A stretch of 64,000 nucleotides of DNA, from positions 352,001 through 416,000 of the forward strand of contig OZ224045.1 in the NCBI GenBank assembly GCA_963665325.3, given 5' to 3'. This DNA comes from Alphaproteobacteria bacterium (GTDB taxonomy: Bacteria > Pseudomonadota > Alphaproteobacteria > Bin95). Positions within the stretch are counted from its first letter, which is position 1, and each line of letters starts with the position of its first letter. The notes below the pieces were generated by a model. The model was not told the origin of the DNA. It saw only the letters and a list, made by a program, of their open reading frames with translations, and searched no databases. Both the position numbers and the translations under genes were made by a program. Below are positions 10,398 to 20,059 of the stretch, in pieces.

Positions 10398-11570
10398 CAC
10401 GCTCGCTGCCGACACCGCCCCCAGGATGGCGATGACGCCCGCAGAGGCGAACGCATAGCCCCAGGCGTTCACGGACGCCGCGCCGCCCGTCGTCTCCAGG
10501 ACGATCCCGAACAGCGCCGGGCCGACGAAACCGCCAGCCGAATTGCCGAAGGCGTGGAGAGCGAGCGCCCGCCCCCGCAGTTCGGGGCTGGTGACCTCGA
10601 TGATGCTGCCCGCCAGCGTGCCCGCATCCATCAGCACGAAGAGATTGTGGAACAGCACCGGCCCGAATAGGAGCAGCCAGAACGGCCAGTCCGCCGCGAA
10701 TCCGACGACGCAGGCCGCGCTGCCGGACAGGAGCAGGGATAATGCCGAGATCCGCGCCATTCCGAAGCGCGCGCCAAGCCAGGAACCAACCATGCCCGTA
10801 GGCGCGCCGAGTAATGTGAGCGCCATGGCGAGCAGCGGCCAGTTCCAGTCGGGCGCGCCGCCGTCCGTCGTCGCGGCAAACACGAAAAAGGCGACCATCC
10901 AACTGCGGAGCGACAACAGTTCTATGGTATGGAATAAATTCGCCAAGACCACCTTCATCGCATTCCGATTGACGAAGACCGGACGAAGATCCAGGGAAGC
11001 GTTGCCACCTCCCGCCACTGCCTTCGGTGCGATCAGGCTCCACACAAGAAGGGCCGCCACAACCGCCGCTATGCCCGGAACGGCGAAGGCCAGCCGCCAG
11101 CCGATCGCGGCATCCAGCCAGTAGGTCGTGACATAGGAACAGCTCGCCGCAATCGGGAATGTCGATATGTAGAACGCGCCGGCCCGCGCCTCCTTGCCCG
11201 GCGGCATTCGATCCGCAATGACCTTGACCCCGGGCACGTAAGTCCACGCAAAACCGATGCCTTGCACCAGGCGGAAACCGAACCCCGACCAGAAGCCGTC
11301 GGCGAAAAGCGCGAAGCCGAGGAACCCCGCGGCATTGGCCACGGAACCGGCGATCACCAGTCGGCGGGCATCGAAGCGGTCGCTCCCGATGCTGACCAGA
11401 ATGGCGAAAATCGACGACAGATAGGGCGCGCCGGCAAGCCAGCCGGCCTCGCTTTCCGAGAGCGTCCAGCGGGCGATAAAATCCGGCAGCAATGCGGGGA
11501 ACCCGTGCAGGCCGATCAGGTTGAGCCCCAGATGGCCGCACATGATCAAGAGCAGGACGGGGGTTTTCAT
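10383..11570 (-). CDS. MFS transporter
   Basis: About 12 hydrophobic segments, SDRFDARR motif A-like, RGRALA. Confidence 0.85.
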   Translation of the reverse strand: MKTPVLLLIMCGHLGLNLIGLHGFPALLPDFIARWTLSESEAGWLAGAPYLSSIFAILVSIGSDRFDARRLVIAGSVANAAGFLGFALFADGFWSGFGFRLVQGIGFAWTYVPGVKVIADRMPPGKEARAGAFYISTFPIAASCSYVTTYWLDAAIGWRLAFAVPGIAAVVAALLVWSLIAPKAVAGGGNASLDLRPVFVNRNAMKVVLANLFHTIELLSLRSWMVAFFVFAATTDGGAPDWNWPLLAMALTLLGAPTGMVGSWLGARFGMARISALSLLLSGSAACVVGFAADWPFWLLLFGPVLFHNLFVLMDAGTLAGSIIEVTSPELRGRALALHAFGNSAGGFVGPALFGIVLETTGGAASVNAWGYAFASAGVIAILGAVSAASVSRRK

Positions 11571-13084
11571 TCGCCGACTCCCCTGCCCGGCCTGCGCAGC
11601 AGCAGCACCAGCGGCGTAGCGGCAACGATCGCAACCGCCAGCAGCATGAAGTCGTTTACGAACGCGATGGTCTCCGCCTGGCGCAGCACCTCCCGGCGCA
11701 ATGCCGCCACCGCCGCATCGCTGCCGAGGTCCCAGGGCGACAGGTGCAAGGCTTCGCTATAGTACGAGATGAAGTCCTTCAACGCCGTATAGTTGGCTTG
11801 GGAGCTACGAGTGAGCACGGCGACAACGATGGACGTGCCCATGGATGCGCCCACGGCGCGGACCAGCGCGAACAGCGCCGCGGCTTCCGTCCGGTAACGT
11901 TGTGCGAGGGTGGAAAAGGTGACGGTGGTAAGCGCCACCCACATCATGCCCATTCCGGCACCGTTCAACACCGTCGTCCAAACAACGTCGGCGGCGCTCA
12001 CCTGGTGGTTCCATCCGGTCATCCAGAGATTGGACACCCCGACCGCGCCCAGGCCGGCCAGGATGAGGTATTTGCCGGCGACCCGGTTCGCCAACACGCC
12101 GGCAAGGAACATCGCGATTCCCGTCCCGATACCTCGGGCCGACAGCACCCAGCCGGCGGCCAGCACCGGGTAACCCTGAATATTCTGGAGAAAGAGCGGC
12201 AGCAGGAACATGCTGGCAAACACGGTGATGCCGAAGACAAAGATCAGGGCCAGCCCGACGACGAAGTTCCTGTCCCGGAAAATTGCAAGGTCGATATAGG
12301 GCGCCCGGGCCGTAAGCGAATGGGCAATGAACAGGTAGAGGCATAGCCCGGCGAGCGCCGCTTCCAGCACGATTTCCGGCGAGTGGAACCAGTCCTGTCG
12401 TTCGCCCCGATCCAGCACCAATTGCAGGCAGGCAACGCCGACGCCCAGCGTCAGGAGCCCCAGCCAGTCGAGCGAAATACCGCGTTTCTCGGTTTCGGGT
12501 GTCGTCATCCAGATACCGAGGAACGCGATGCAACCCAATGGTACATTGATGTAAAATATGTATCGCCAGCCGTAGAATTCCGTAAGCAGCGCGCCCACGG
12601 TCGGCCCGGCCACCGGCCCCAAAATCATGCCCATTGACCAGATCGACATGGCGAAGCCATGCCGGTGGCGGGGGTAGGTGTCGAGCATGATCGCCTGGCT
12701 GATGGGCAGCAAAGGCGCGCTGCCGAAGCCCTGCAACGCCCGGAACAACACCAATTGGCCCAAGCTGTCCGCAGAAGCGCAAAGCAACCCCGTCACGGTG
12801 AACGCGGCGATGGAGCACAGGAACACCAGACGCCGTCCGAATTTGACGGCAAGCCAGCCGGACACCGTCGTCCCGAGCGCGGACGCAACGATAAAGGCAG
12901 TCACCACCCACCCGACCTGATCGGGCGTCGCCGAGAGGTTGCCCTGCATTGAAGGCAGGGCAACATACGCGGTGCTCATATTGACCGAGTGCAGCAGCGA
13001 GGCTGCGAGCACCGGTATGGTTATCGTTACCGTTTCCGCGCGGGAGAACGGCCCCGCCGCCGGCCGGTTACGGGTCGAGAGCAA
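11567..13084 (-). CDS. DHA2 (EmrB/QacA) drug efflux MFS permease; start uncertain
   Basis: WVVTAF, FGRR, FRALQG, GPTVG, YIFYINVPLG; 14-TM pattern. Confidence 0.88.
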   Translation of the reverse strand: MLSTRNRPAAGPFSRAETVTITIPVLAASLLHSVNMSTAYVALPSMQGNLSATPDQVGWVVTAFIVASALGTTVSGWLAVKFGRRLVFLCSIAAFTVTGLLCASADSLGQLVLFRALQGFGSAPLLPISQAIMLDTYPRHRHGFAMSIWSMGMILGPVAGPTVGALLTEFYGWRYIFYINVPLGCIAFLGIWMTTPETEKRGISLDWLGLLTLGVGVACLQLVLDRGERQDWFHSPEIVLEAALAGLCLYLFIAHSLTARAPYIDLAIFRDRNFVVGLALIFVFGITVFASMFLLPLFLQNIQGYPVLAAGWVLSARGIGTGIAMFLAGVLANRVAGKYLILAGLGAVGVSNLWMTGWNHQVSAADVVWTTVLNGAGMGMMWVALTTVTFSTLAQRYRTEAAALFALVRAVGASMGTSIVVAVLTRSSQANYTALKDFISYYSEALHLSPWDLGSDAAVAALRREVLRQAETIAFVNDFMLLAVAIVAATPLVLLLRRPGRGVGE

Positions 13085-13108
13085 CGGCGGAGCCGCTATG
13101 CCGGATCG

Positions 13109-13921
13109 TCAGACCGAGGAGTTCGGGTCGAAGTTCGGCGGCCTCTTCTCCAGATGCGCCGCAAGGCCTTCCTCGACCTCCGGCCCGGTGAAGCCCAGCA
13201 TTTCCAGTGCGGTCGAGGCGTCGTAGGCCGGCCCCATCATGCGATACCAGTTGTTCAGCGCATATTTGGTCCAGCGGATGGCGCTCGGCGCCCCCCTGGC
13301 GAGCTTGCCTGCGACTTCCAGGGCCTTGTCCTGCAATTCGTCGTCCTCGACGCAGAGCGATACCAGCCCGATCCGTTCGGCTTCCTCGCCGTAAACCGAC
13401 TCGCAAAGCATCAGGTAGTATTTGGCCTTCGCCATGCCGCAAAGCAGCGGCCAGTTGATGACCGAGTGGTCGCCCGCGGCGACGCCGAGCCTCGTGTGGC
13501 CGTCGATGATGCGCGCCGATTTGCCGGCGATGGAAATGTCGCACAGCAACCCGGCGACGAGGCCGGCGCCCACGGCGACCCCGTTCAGCGCCGAAACCGT
13601 GGGCTTGCAGCAATCGATGATGTTGTAAACGAGGTCCCTGGCTTCCTTCCAGGCGCGGACGCGGTCGTCATAGTTGTCGATGTTCTTGCGGATCATCGAG
13701 AAATCGCCGCCGGAGGAAAACGCCCTGCCCTTGCCGGTCAGAATTACCGCCGAGACGTCCCGATCCTGGTCGATCTCCCGCCAGATGTAGGTCATGTCCC
13801 GGTGGCCGTTGGAGTCGAGCGAGTTGTAGGTCTCGGGCTTGTTGAGGGTCAGGCGCAGAACGCGCTCTTCCGGCCAGTCGATCTCGAACGTCCGGCGGTA
13901 GTCGTCGTAGCGGTCGCCCAT
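13109..13921 (-). CDS. Enoyl-CoA hydratase/isomerase family protein
   Basis: [30 protein letters not shown]; ATG at 13921. Confidence 0.9.
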   Translation of the reverse strand: MGDRYDDYRRTFEIDWPEERVLRLTLNKPETYNSLDSNGHRDMTYIWREIDQDRDVSAVILTGKGRAFSSGGDFSMIRKNIDNYDDRVRAWKEARDLVYNIIDCCKPTVSALNGVAVGAGLVAGLLCDISIAGKSARIIDGHTRLGVAAGDHSVINWPLLCGMAKAKYYLMLCESVYGEEAERIGLVSLCVEDDELQDKALEVAGKLARGAPSAIRWTKYALNNWYRMMGPAYDASTALEMLGFTGPEVEEGLAAHLEKRPPNFDPNSSV

Positions 13922-14012
13922 CGGGGCTTTCCTCCTGCTTTGTCGCGTGTCGATTGTTGCCGCGCGGTTCTGGCGCGAAGCGGGTTCCGGGTCAATCGGC
14001 GGACGGACCGCC

Positions 14013-15347
14013 TCAGAGTGCTTCGGCTTCTGCTGCCTCCCCCTCCATAGCGGCCAGTTCGCCGAGGGTGAGAGGCTTGATCGGCGGGCGGATGCGGAAG
14101 CTACCGATGTCCTCGACCGCCAGACCGCGCTCATCAGCAATGATTTCGGCGACCGCAAGCCCGCACATCCGTCCCTGGCACGGCCCCATGCCGGCCCGCG
14201 CGAAGGCCTTGAGCTGGTTCGGCCCCATGGCGCCGTCGCGCACCGCCTGGCGAATGTCGCCGGCCGTCAAGCTTTCGCAACGGCAAACCAGCGCCCCGTC
14301 CGCGGGCAAGCCGGTATGGGGACGGAACAGACGGTCCAGCAAGGGCCGCGTCGCACGCTCTCGCTCCAGAGACCCGACGAGCTCGGCGGGGTCGATGCCC
14401 GCGACGAGCCGGGCTGCAATCCGTCCCGAAAGGGCGGCGGCCCGGGCGCCTGCAATGCCGCCGGCATCGCCGGCAACCAGCAAGGTCTCCTGCTCCGTTT
14501 GTCCCAGCGGGTCCACCGCCGGCGCCCAGTGGCGCTGCTCCGCGTGCCAGCGGTGCGGGAGGCCGGCCTGACGCGACAGGTGAGTCTGCGGAACCACGCC
14601 CTCGTGCAGCAACAACAAGTCGCACGCGATTTCACCACCCTCGAAGCGCACCGAAGCTCCGGTCGCCTCCAGGCCGGAGACGCCGGAACGGAACGCGACG
14701 CCTGCGCGCTTCAGCCTGCGCCGCATCGCAACACCCTTCGCGAGGTCGCGCCAACCCGCAAATGCTCGGGGCAAGGCAGGCGCCGCGTCCAGGTAGTCGC
14801 TGCGGGCCGTCGTCTCCAGCACGGCCACGACGTTTGCGCCCGCGTCGAGGAGCTGGCAGCCGACCAGCAGAAGCAGCGGTCCCGCCCCCGCCAATACGAT
14901 CCGCCCGGCCGGAACCAGCCCGGAGGCTTTGAGCAATGTCTGCGCGGCGCCGGCTCCCATAACGCCTGGCTGTTCGGCTCCGGGGACCGGCACCGGACGC
15001 TCCATAGCCCCGGTAGCGATCAACACGCGGTCCGCCGCAACGGTCGCGGCTCGGCCCTCCCGGCTGTAGGCGAGCCGGGCTCCCGCATCGAGACGCCAGA
15101 CGGCGCTGTTCGGACGATAGTCTATGCCGGCCGCGCGAAACGCCTCCGCCAGCGCCCGGCCTGCAGCATACTCGTCTCCCAGTATCGCCAAAAGCTCCGG
15201 TCCGGCGCGCTCGATGCCGCGATAGATCTGCCCTCCGGGCTCCGGCTGGTCGTCCAGCAGGACGACGGATAGGCCGTGCGCCGCCGCTTCGACGGCAGCC
15301 GCCATGCCGGCCGGGCCTGCGCCCACGATGGCAAGGTCGGTGCTCAT
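14013..15347 (-). CDS. Opine oxidase subunit A/HcnB-like FAD oxidoreductase with C-terminal BFD-like Fe-S domain
   Basis: GAGPAG, ATGAMERP, VCRCE..GMGPCQGRMC. Confidence 0.85.
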   Translation of the reverse strand: MSTDLAIVGAGPAGMAAAVEAAAHGLSVVLLDDQPEPGGQIYRGIERAGPELLAILGDEYAAGRALAEAFRAAGIDYRPNSAVWRLDAGARLAYSREGRAATVAADRVLIATGAMERPVPVPGAEQPGVMGAGAAQTLLKASGLVPAGRIVLAGAGPLLLLVGCQLLDAGANVVAVLETTARSDYLDAAPALPRAFAGWRDLAKGVAMRRRLKRAGVAFRSGVSGLEATGASVRFEGGEIACDLLLLHEGVVPQTHLSRQAGLPHRWHAEQRHWAPAVDPLGQTEQETLLVAGDAGGIAGARAAALSGRIAARLVAGIDPAELVGSLERERATRPLLDRLFRPHTGLPADGALVCRCESLTAGDIRQAVRDGAMGPNQLKAFARAGMGPCQGRMCGLAVAEIIADERGLAVEDIGSFRIRPPIKPLTLGELAAMEGEAAEAEAL

Positions 15348-15637
15348 GGCCGGCGGCGCACTCCATCCGTTTGGCGAACGACGCGGATCCCTTCGTGCAC
15401 CGGTGTCATGCAGGCCTGACGGTTCGGCTCGCCGTCGATCTCCACCAGGCATTCGAAACAAACGCCCATGGCGCACCAGGGGCCGCGCGGTCCGCCATCG
15501 ACCGGCGCGTGTCGAAATGCCGAGATTCCAGCGGCGAACATGGCCGCCGCTACGCTGTCGCCGGGCGCAGCAGTTGCACGCTCGCCATCAATCTCGATCG
15601 TGACCGATGCCTCGCGCTCAGGCAGCCGCCGGAACAT
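15344..15637 (-). CDS. 2Fe-2S subunit (HcnA/opine oxidase small subunit-like)
   Basis: GDSVAAA, CAMGVCFEC..QAC. Confidence 0.85.
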   Translation of the reverse strand: MFRRLPEREASVTIEIDGERATAAPGDSVAAAMFAAGISAFRHAPVDGGPRGPWCAMGVCFECLVEIDGEPNRQACMTPVHEGIRVVRQTDGVRRRP

Positions 15638-16730
15638 CGAACCTCCGCGCGCTGAAGGCTCCGAACCCGTCCGGTTGTCTTCCTTCGGCGATCCATTCGG
15701 GCAAGCGGGCCGCATGAACGGCAGCGAGCGTGACGCCGCTGTGCATCGTCGCGACGAAGGCGCCGGGATGGCTCTCCGACTCGTCGTAGATCGGACAGCG
15801 GTCGGGCGGGATAACGCGCAGCGCCGCCCAGCTCCGCACCAGCCGCAGCCGTTCCAGCGCCGGCAACGCCCGGATGGCGCGCTGGGCCAGCCCGCGCGCC
15901 GCTTTCAGTGTTGTGCCGGTGTCGAAGCCGACGCTCTCCTGTGTTGCGCCGATCATGACCGTCCCTTCCACCGTCTGGCGGAGATTGCCCATCGGCATCG
16001 GCATGAACCGTTCCGTCCGTTCGGTCACCAGCACCTGCCCGCGTTCGGGCACGGTCGGCACATGCAGACCGACCTGCGCGGCCAGTGGCGGAATGCCGTT
16101 GCCGGCAGCCAGCAACAGCTTCGGCGCCTCGAATACGCCAGCCTCGGTCTCCACCCTGAAGCCGCGCTGGATGCTGAGGACACGTGCTCCGGGCCGATAG
16201 CGGCCGCCTTTCGCCCTGAAGCCGGCATGAAGGGCGCGCAGCAGGAAAAGCGGGCCGCAATGGCCGTCCTTTTCCGAGAAGGACGCGCCGACGACCTCCT
16301 GCCCAAAGCGAACGCCAGGCGCCATCCGCTCCAATTCGGCGCGCTCGACCATTCGCGCGTGATAGCCGCCGCCCTGCTCGGCCATGGCGTCGTTGAGCCG
16401 ACGTTGCGCATCCCATTCCGCGTCGCCGAGGCACAGGATCGCGCCACCGGGCCGCTCATGGTGGATGTCGATGCCCGTGACATCGGCCAGTTCGGCGGCG
16501 AAACCCGAATAGCGGTCCGCCGATTCCTGCGACCACTCCTGGTAGCGCTGCAGGCCGAAGCCCTTGGTCTGGACCCATACAAGTCCGAAATTGCCCCTTG
16601 CCGCCCGAAAGGCGTCGTCGCCCTCGTCGAGCATGAGCACGTCGAGCCCTTCCCCGACGAGCCCGTAAGCCGCCGCCGCACCGACCATGCCGCCGCCGAT
16701 GACGATGATATCCGCCGTTCCCTCAAGCAT
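15618..16730 (-). CDS. DAO-family FAD oxidoreductase (OoxB/HcnC-like)
   Basis: IIGGGMVG-type motif, ARGNFGLVW, RGQVLVTE, HSGVTLA. Confidence 0.85.
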   Translation of the reverse strand: MLEGTADIIVIGGGMVGAAAAYGLVGEGLDVLMLDEGDDAFRAARGNFGLVWVQTKGFGLQRYQEWSQESADRYSGFAAELADVTGIDIHHERPGGAILCLGDAEWDAQRRLNDAMAEQGGGYHARMVERAELERMAPGVRFGQEVVGASFSEKDGHCGPLFLLRALHAGFRAKGGRYRPGARVLSIQRGFRVETEAGVFEAPKLLLAAGNGIPPLAAQVGLHVPTVPERGQVLVTERTERFMPMPMGNLRQTVEGTVMIGATQESVGFDTGTTLKAARGLAQRAIRALPALERLRLVRSWAALRVIPPDRCPIYDESESHPGAFVATMHSGVTLAAVHAARLPEWIAEGRQPDGFGAFSARRFDVPAAA

Positions 16731-16875
16731 GGCGGCAATGGTGCGGTAGTGCCGCAGTCCGCGCAAGCCGCGCCCCCGCGGCGAGCGCAGGCCCGTCCGG
16801 ACGGTTTCGTGGCGAGCAGGCCCGTGGCATGTTCCCGGCCCGCTGTTCCCTCGACGAAAGTCCGGACGACCCGCC

Positions 16876-18642
16876 ATGAATGTCGCCATGCCCCCGTTCT
16901 TTGCCCGGAACACCCTCCCGAACGCGACCGCAGCCGGCACGCCGCTGGCGCCCGATTGCCACGGGATGAACTTCTTCGACATCGACCGCAGCCTGCAGGC
17001 CCTGCTGCCGCTCTACCTGCCCGACGACCTCCGCGAGCACATGCTCCCGCATTTCCGGCGCCTCGGCGAGATCGCCGGCGGGCGGCTCGACGAGCTGGCC
17101 CGGCTGGCCGACCGACACGGGCCCGTGCTGCACCAGCGCGACGCTTTCGGGCGCGACGAGGACTGGATCGAGTTCCATCCCGCCTACCGGGAAATGGAGC
17201 AGATCGGCTTCGGCGATTTCGGCATCCACGCCATTTCCCGGCGGCCGGGCGTGCTCGGCTGGAACGGCACGCCGCTCACGGCGAAATACATTCTCCAGTA
17301 CCTGTTCGTGCAGTCCGAATTCGCCTTGATGTGCCCGATCTCGGTTACGGACACTTCGGCGTATCTGATTCGGAAATACGGCGACGAGGCGGTTCGGCGG
17401 CGTTTCATGCCGGGGCTCACCAGCCAGAATATGGGCGAAATCTGCAAAGCCGCCCAATTCATGACCGAGAAGACGGGCGGCTCCGATGTGGGCGGAATTG
17501 AGCTGGCGGCCCGGCTGGAGGACAGCCCCGACGGCCCGGAGTGGCGTCTTTACGGCGACAAATGGTTCTGCTCCTGCGCCGACGCCGATGTCGCCCTGTT
17601 GCTGGCGAGGCCGGAAGGCGCGGTGAAGGGCACGGCCGGCCTCGGCCTGTTCGCCCTACCGAAGCGCCGGGACGACGGAAGCCGCAACAGCTACCGGATC
17701 GTGCGCCTCAAGGACAAGATGGGCACAAGGTCCATGGCGTCGGGCGAAATCGTGTTCGACGGGGCCGTCGCCTATCCGCTCGGTGAGGTCGGGCCGGGCC
17801 GGAACGATGGCCTCAAGCAGATGCTGGACCAGGTCAATCTGAGCCGCCTCTCCCACGGCGTGCGGGCCGCGGCAATGATGAGGCGCTGCCTGAACGAGGC
17901 GTTGGTTGCGCCGCGCGGCCGCGCGGCGTTCGGTGGGATCGTTGCCGACAAGCCGTTGATGCGCCGCCAACTGCTCAAACTGATGGTCCCGACCGAACAG
18001 GCTCTCTCGATGGCGCTGTTCACCGCCGACAAGCTGGAAAGATCGGAAGCAGGCGACGCGGCGGCAACGGCGCTTGTGCGGTTGCTGACGCCGCTGCTGA
18101 AGTTCCGCACCTGCCGCGACAATATCGCAGTCGCGACCGGCGCGATGGAGGCGCGCGGCGGCAACGGATATATCGAAACCTTCGTCAATGCCCGGCTCGT
18201 GCGCGACGCCCATCTGGGTGTGCTGTGGGAGGGCACCTCCAACATCAATGCGCTGGACATTATCGGCCGCGCTGTCGGCAGGGCCGGCGCGCAGAAGGCG
18301 CTCGGCGAGACGCTGACGGAACTCTTGGACGAGGCGGATGGCCTGCCCGGCCAGCTGAAGGGCGCGCTGGGCCACGCCTCCGGCCGCGCCATCGCGCTCG
18401 CCGAGGAGGTCGCCGACACCGGGGACGAGCCGCGTATGCGCCAAGCTTCCGACGCGCTCTACCATGCGACGAGCGCGGTCGTCATGGCGCATGAAGGCGC
18501 CCGGATCGCAGCCGCCGGAGGCGGACGGAAACGCCTGCTGCTGGCGCAGATGGTGCTCGACCATCGTCTGAGCCCCCAGGACCCGCTCGATCCGCGCGGC
18601 GACGACCCGGAGATTTCCGACGAACTGCTGGCGGCGGCGTAA
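16876..18642 (+). CDS. Acyl-CoA dehydrogenase family, AidB-like
   Basis: FHPAY, CPISVT, QFMTEKTGGSDV, KWFCS, RLKDKMG, WEGTSN. Confidence 0.88.
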   Translation: MNVAMPPFFARNTLPNATAAGTPLAPDCHGMNFFDIDRSLQALLPLYLPDDLREHMLPHFRRLGEIAGGRLDELARLADRHGPVLHQRDAFGRDEDWIEFHPAYREMEQIGFGDFGIHAISRRPGVLGWNGTPLTAKYILQYLFVQSEFALMCPISVTDTSAYLIRKYGDEAVRRRFMPGLTSQNMGEICKAAQFMTEKTGGSDVGGIELAARLEDSPDGPEWRLYGDKWFCSCADADVALLLARPEGAVKGTAGLGLFALPKRRDDGSRNSYRIVRLKDKMGTRSMASGEIVFDGAVAYPLGEVGPGRNDGLKQMLDQVNLSRLSHGVRAAAMMRRCLNEALVAPRGRAAFGGIVADKPLMRRQLLKLMVPTEQALSMALFTADKLERSEAGDAAATALVRLLTPLLKFRTCRDNIAVATGAMEARGGNGYIETFVNARLVRDAHLGVLWEGTSNINALDIIGRAVGRAGAQKALGETLTELLDEADGLPGQLKGALGHASGRAIALAEEVADTGDEPRMRQASDALYHATSAVVMAHEGARIAAAGGGRKRLLLAQMVLDHRLSPQDPLDPRGDDPEISDELLAAA

Positions 18643-18729
18643 CTCGTCGCTGCCCGCGGACGCGGGCAGAAGCGTCCGCGACACCGGGTATCCTTGCCGG
18701 AACAGGCCGCCCTGCTTAGGGTCCGCGCC

Positions 18730-20025
18730 ATGATCGAACGCTATACCCGCGCCGAAATGGCGGCCATCTGGTCGGCAGAGGCCCGTTTCCGAATCTGGTT
18801 CGAAATCGAGGCTCATGCGCTGGACGCGATGGCGGAACTTGGCACCGCGCCCGCATCGGCCGCGCGCGCGGTGTGGGAGCGGGGCGCCTTCGAGATCGAG
18901 CGCATCGACGAGATCGAAGCCGAGACCAAGCACGACGTTATCGCGTTCCTCACCAACCTCGCCGAGCATGTCGGGCCGGAAGCGCGTTTCGTGCATCAAG
19001 GCATGACCTCTTCAGACGTGCTCGACACCTGCCTGGCGGTGCAGCTTGCGAGGGCCTGCGACATATTGCTGGCGGACCTCGACAGGCTGCTGGCGGCGCT
19101 GAAGGCGCGGGCGCTGGAGCACAAATACACAGTCTGCATCGGGCGCAGCCACGCCATCCACGCCGAGCCCACCACCTTCGGGGTTAAGCTGGCCGGCCAT
19201 TATGCGGAATTCGCGCGGAATCGCACTCGGCTGGAAGCTGCGCGAGCGGAGATCGCAACCTGCGCCATTTCCGGCCCTGTCGGGACGTTCGCCAGCATCG
19301 ATCCGCGCGTCGAAGCCCATGTGGCGGAGAAGCTGGGCCTCAAGCCCGAGACCCATTCCACTCAGGTAATCCCTCGCGACCGGCATGCAATGTTCTTCGC
19401 CGTGCTGGGCGTGATCGCCAGCGGCGTCGAACGGCTAGCGGTCGAAATCCGGCATCTGCAGCGCACGGAGCTTCGGGAGGCAGAAGAGTTTTTCTCTGCC
19501 GGCCAGAAAGGCTCCTCTGCGATGCCGCACAAGCGCAACCCGGTTCTGACCGAGAACCTGACCGGGCTCGCGCGCATGGTCCGGTCCGCCGTGACCCCTG
19601 CGCTCGAGAATGTCGCGCTCTGGCATGAGCGGGATATCTCGCACTCCTCCGTGGAGCGCATGATCGGCCCGGATGCGACCGTGACACTCGACTTCGCGCT
19701 TTATCGGCTTGCCGGCGTCGTGGAGAGGCTGTTGGTCTATCCGGAAGCCATGCGCCGCAACCTCGACAGCCTCGGCGGCCTCATCTTCTCGCAGCACGTG
19801 CTTCTCGACCTCACGAAGGCGGGAATGAGCCGCGAAGACGCCTACCGCAAGGTTCAGTCCGCGGCGATGGACGTCTGGCAGGAAGGCGGTTCCTTCCGCG
19901 CCCGGCTCGAACGGGATTCCGATATTGCCGCAGCAGTGCCGCCGGCGCGGCTCGACGAAATCTTCGATCTGGACCGCCAACTGGTCCATGTCGATACGAT
20001 CTTCGAGCGCGTCTTCGGTACATGA
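18730..20025 (+). CDS. purB: Adenylosuccinate lyase
   Basis: MIERY, HDVIAF, GSSAMPHKRNP, WHERDISHSS. Confidence 0.97.
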   Translation: MIERYTRAEMAAIWSAEARFRIWFEIEAHALDAMAELGTAPASAARAVWERGAFEIERIDEIEAETKHDVIAFLTNLAEHVGPEARFVHQGMTSSDVLDTCLAVQLARACDILLADLDRLLAALKARALEHKYTVCIGRSHAIHAEPTTFGVKLAGHYAEFARNRTRLEAARAEIATCAISGPVGTFASIDPRVEAHVAEKLGLKPETHSTQVIPRDRHAMFFAVLGVIASGVERLAVEIRHLQRTELREAEEFFSAGQKGSSAMPHKRNPVLTENLTGLARMVRSAVTPALENVALWHERDISHSSVERMIGPDATVTLDFALYRLAGVVERLLVYPEAMRRNLDSLGGLIFSQHVLLDLTKAGMSREDAYRKVQSAAMDVWQEGGSFRARLERDSDIAAAVPPARLDEIFDLDRQLVHVDTIFERVFGT

Positions 20026-20059
20026 CCCAACCCGCTTCTCGCCTCATGGAGTTTTCGTA

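Noticed and set aside
14013-16730. Calling the cluster hcnABC (cyanide synthase)
   Set aside because: The motifs are shared across the whole family and gene order differs from hcnABC, so the name is not supported
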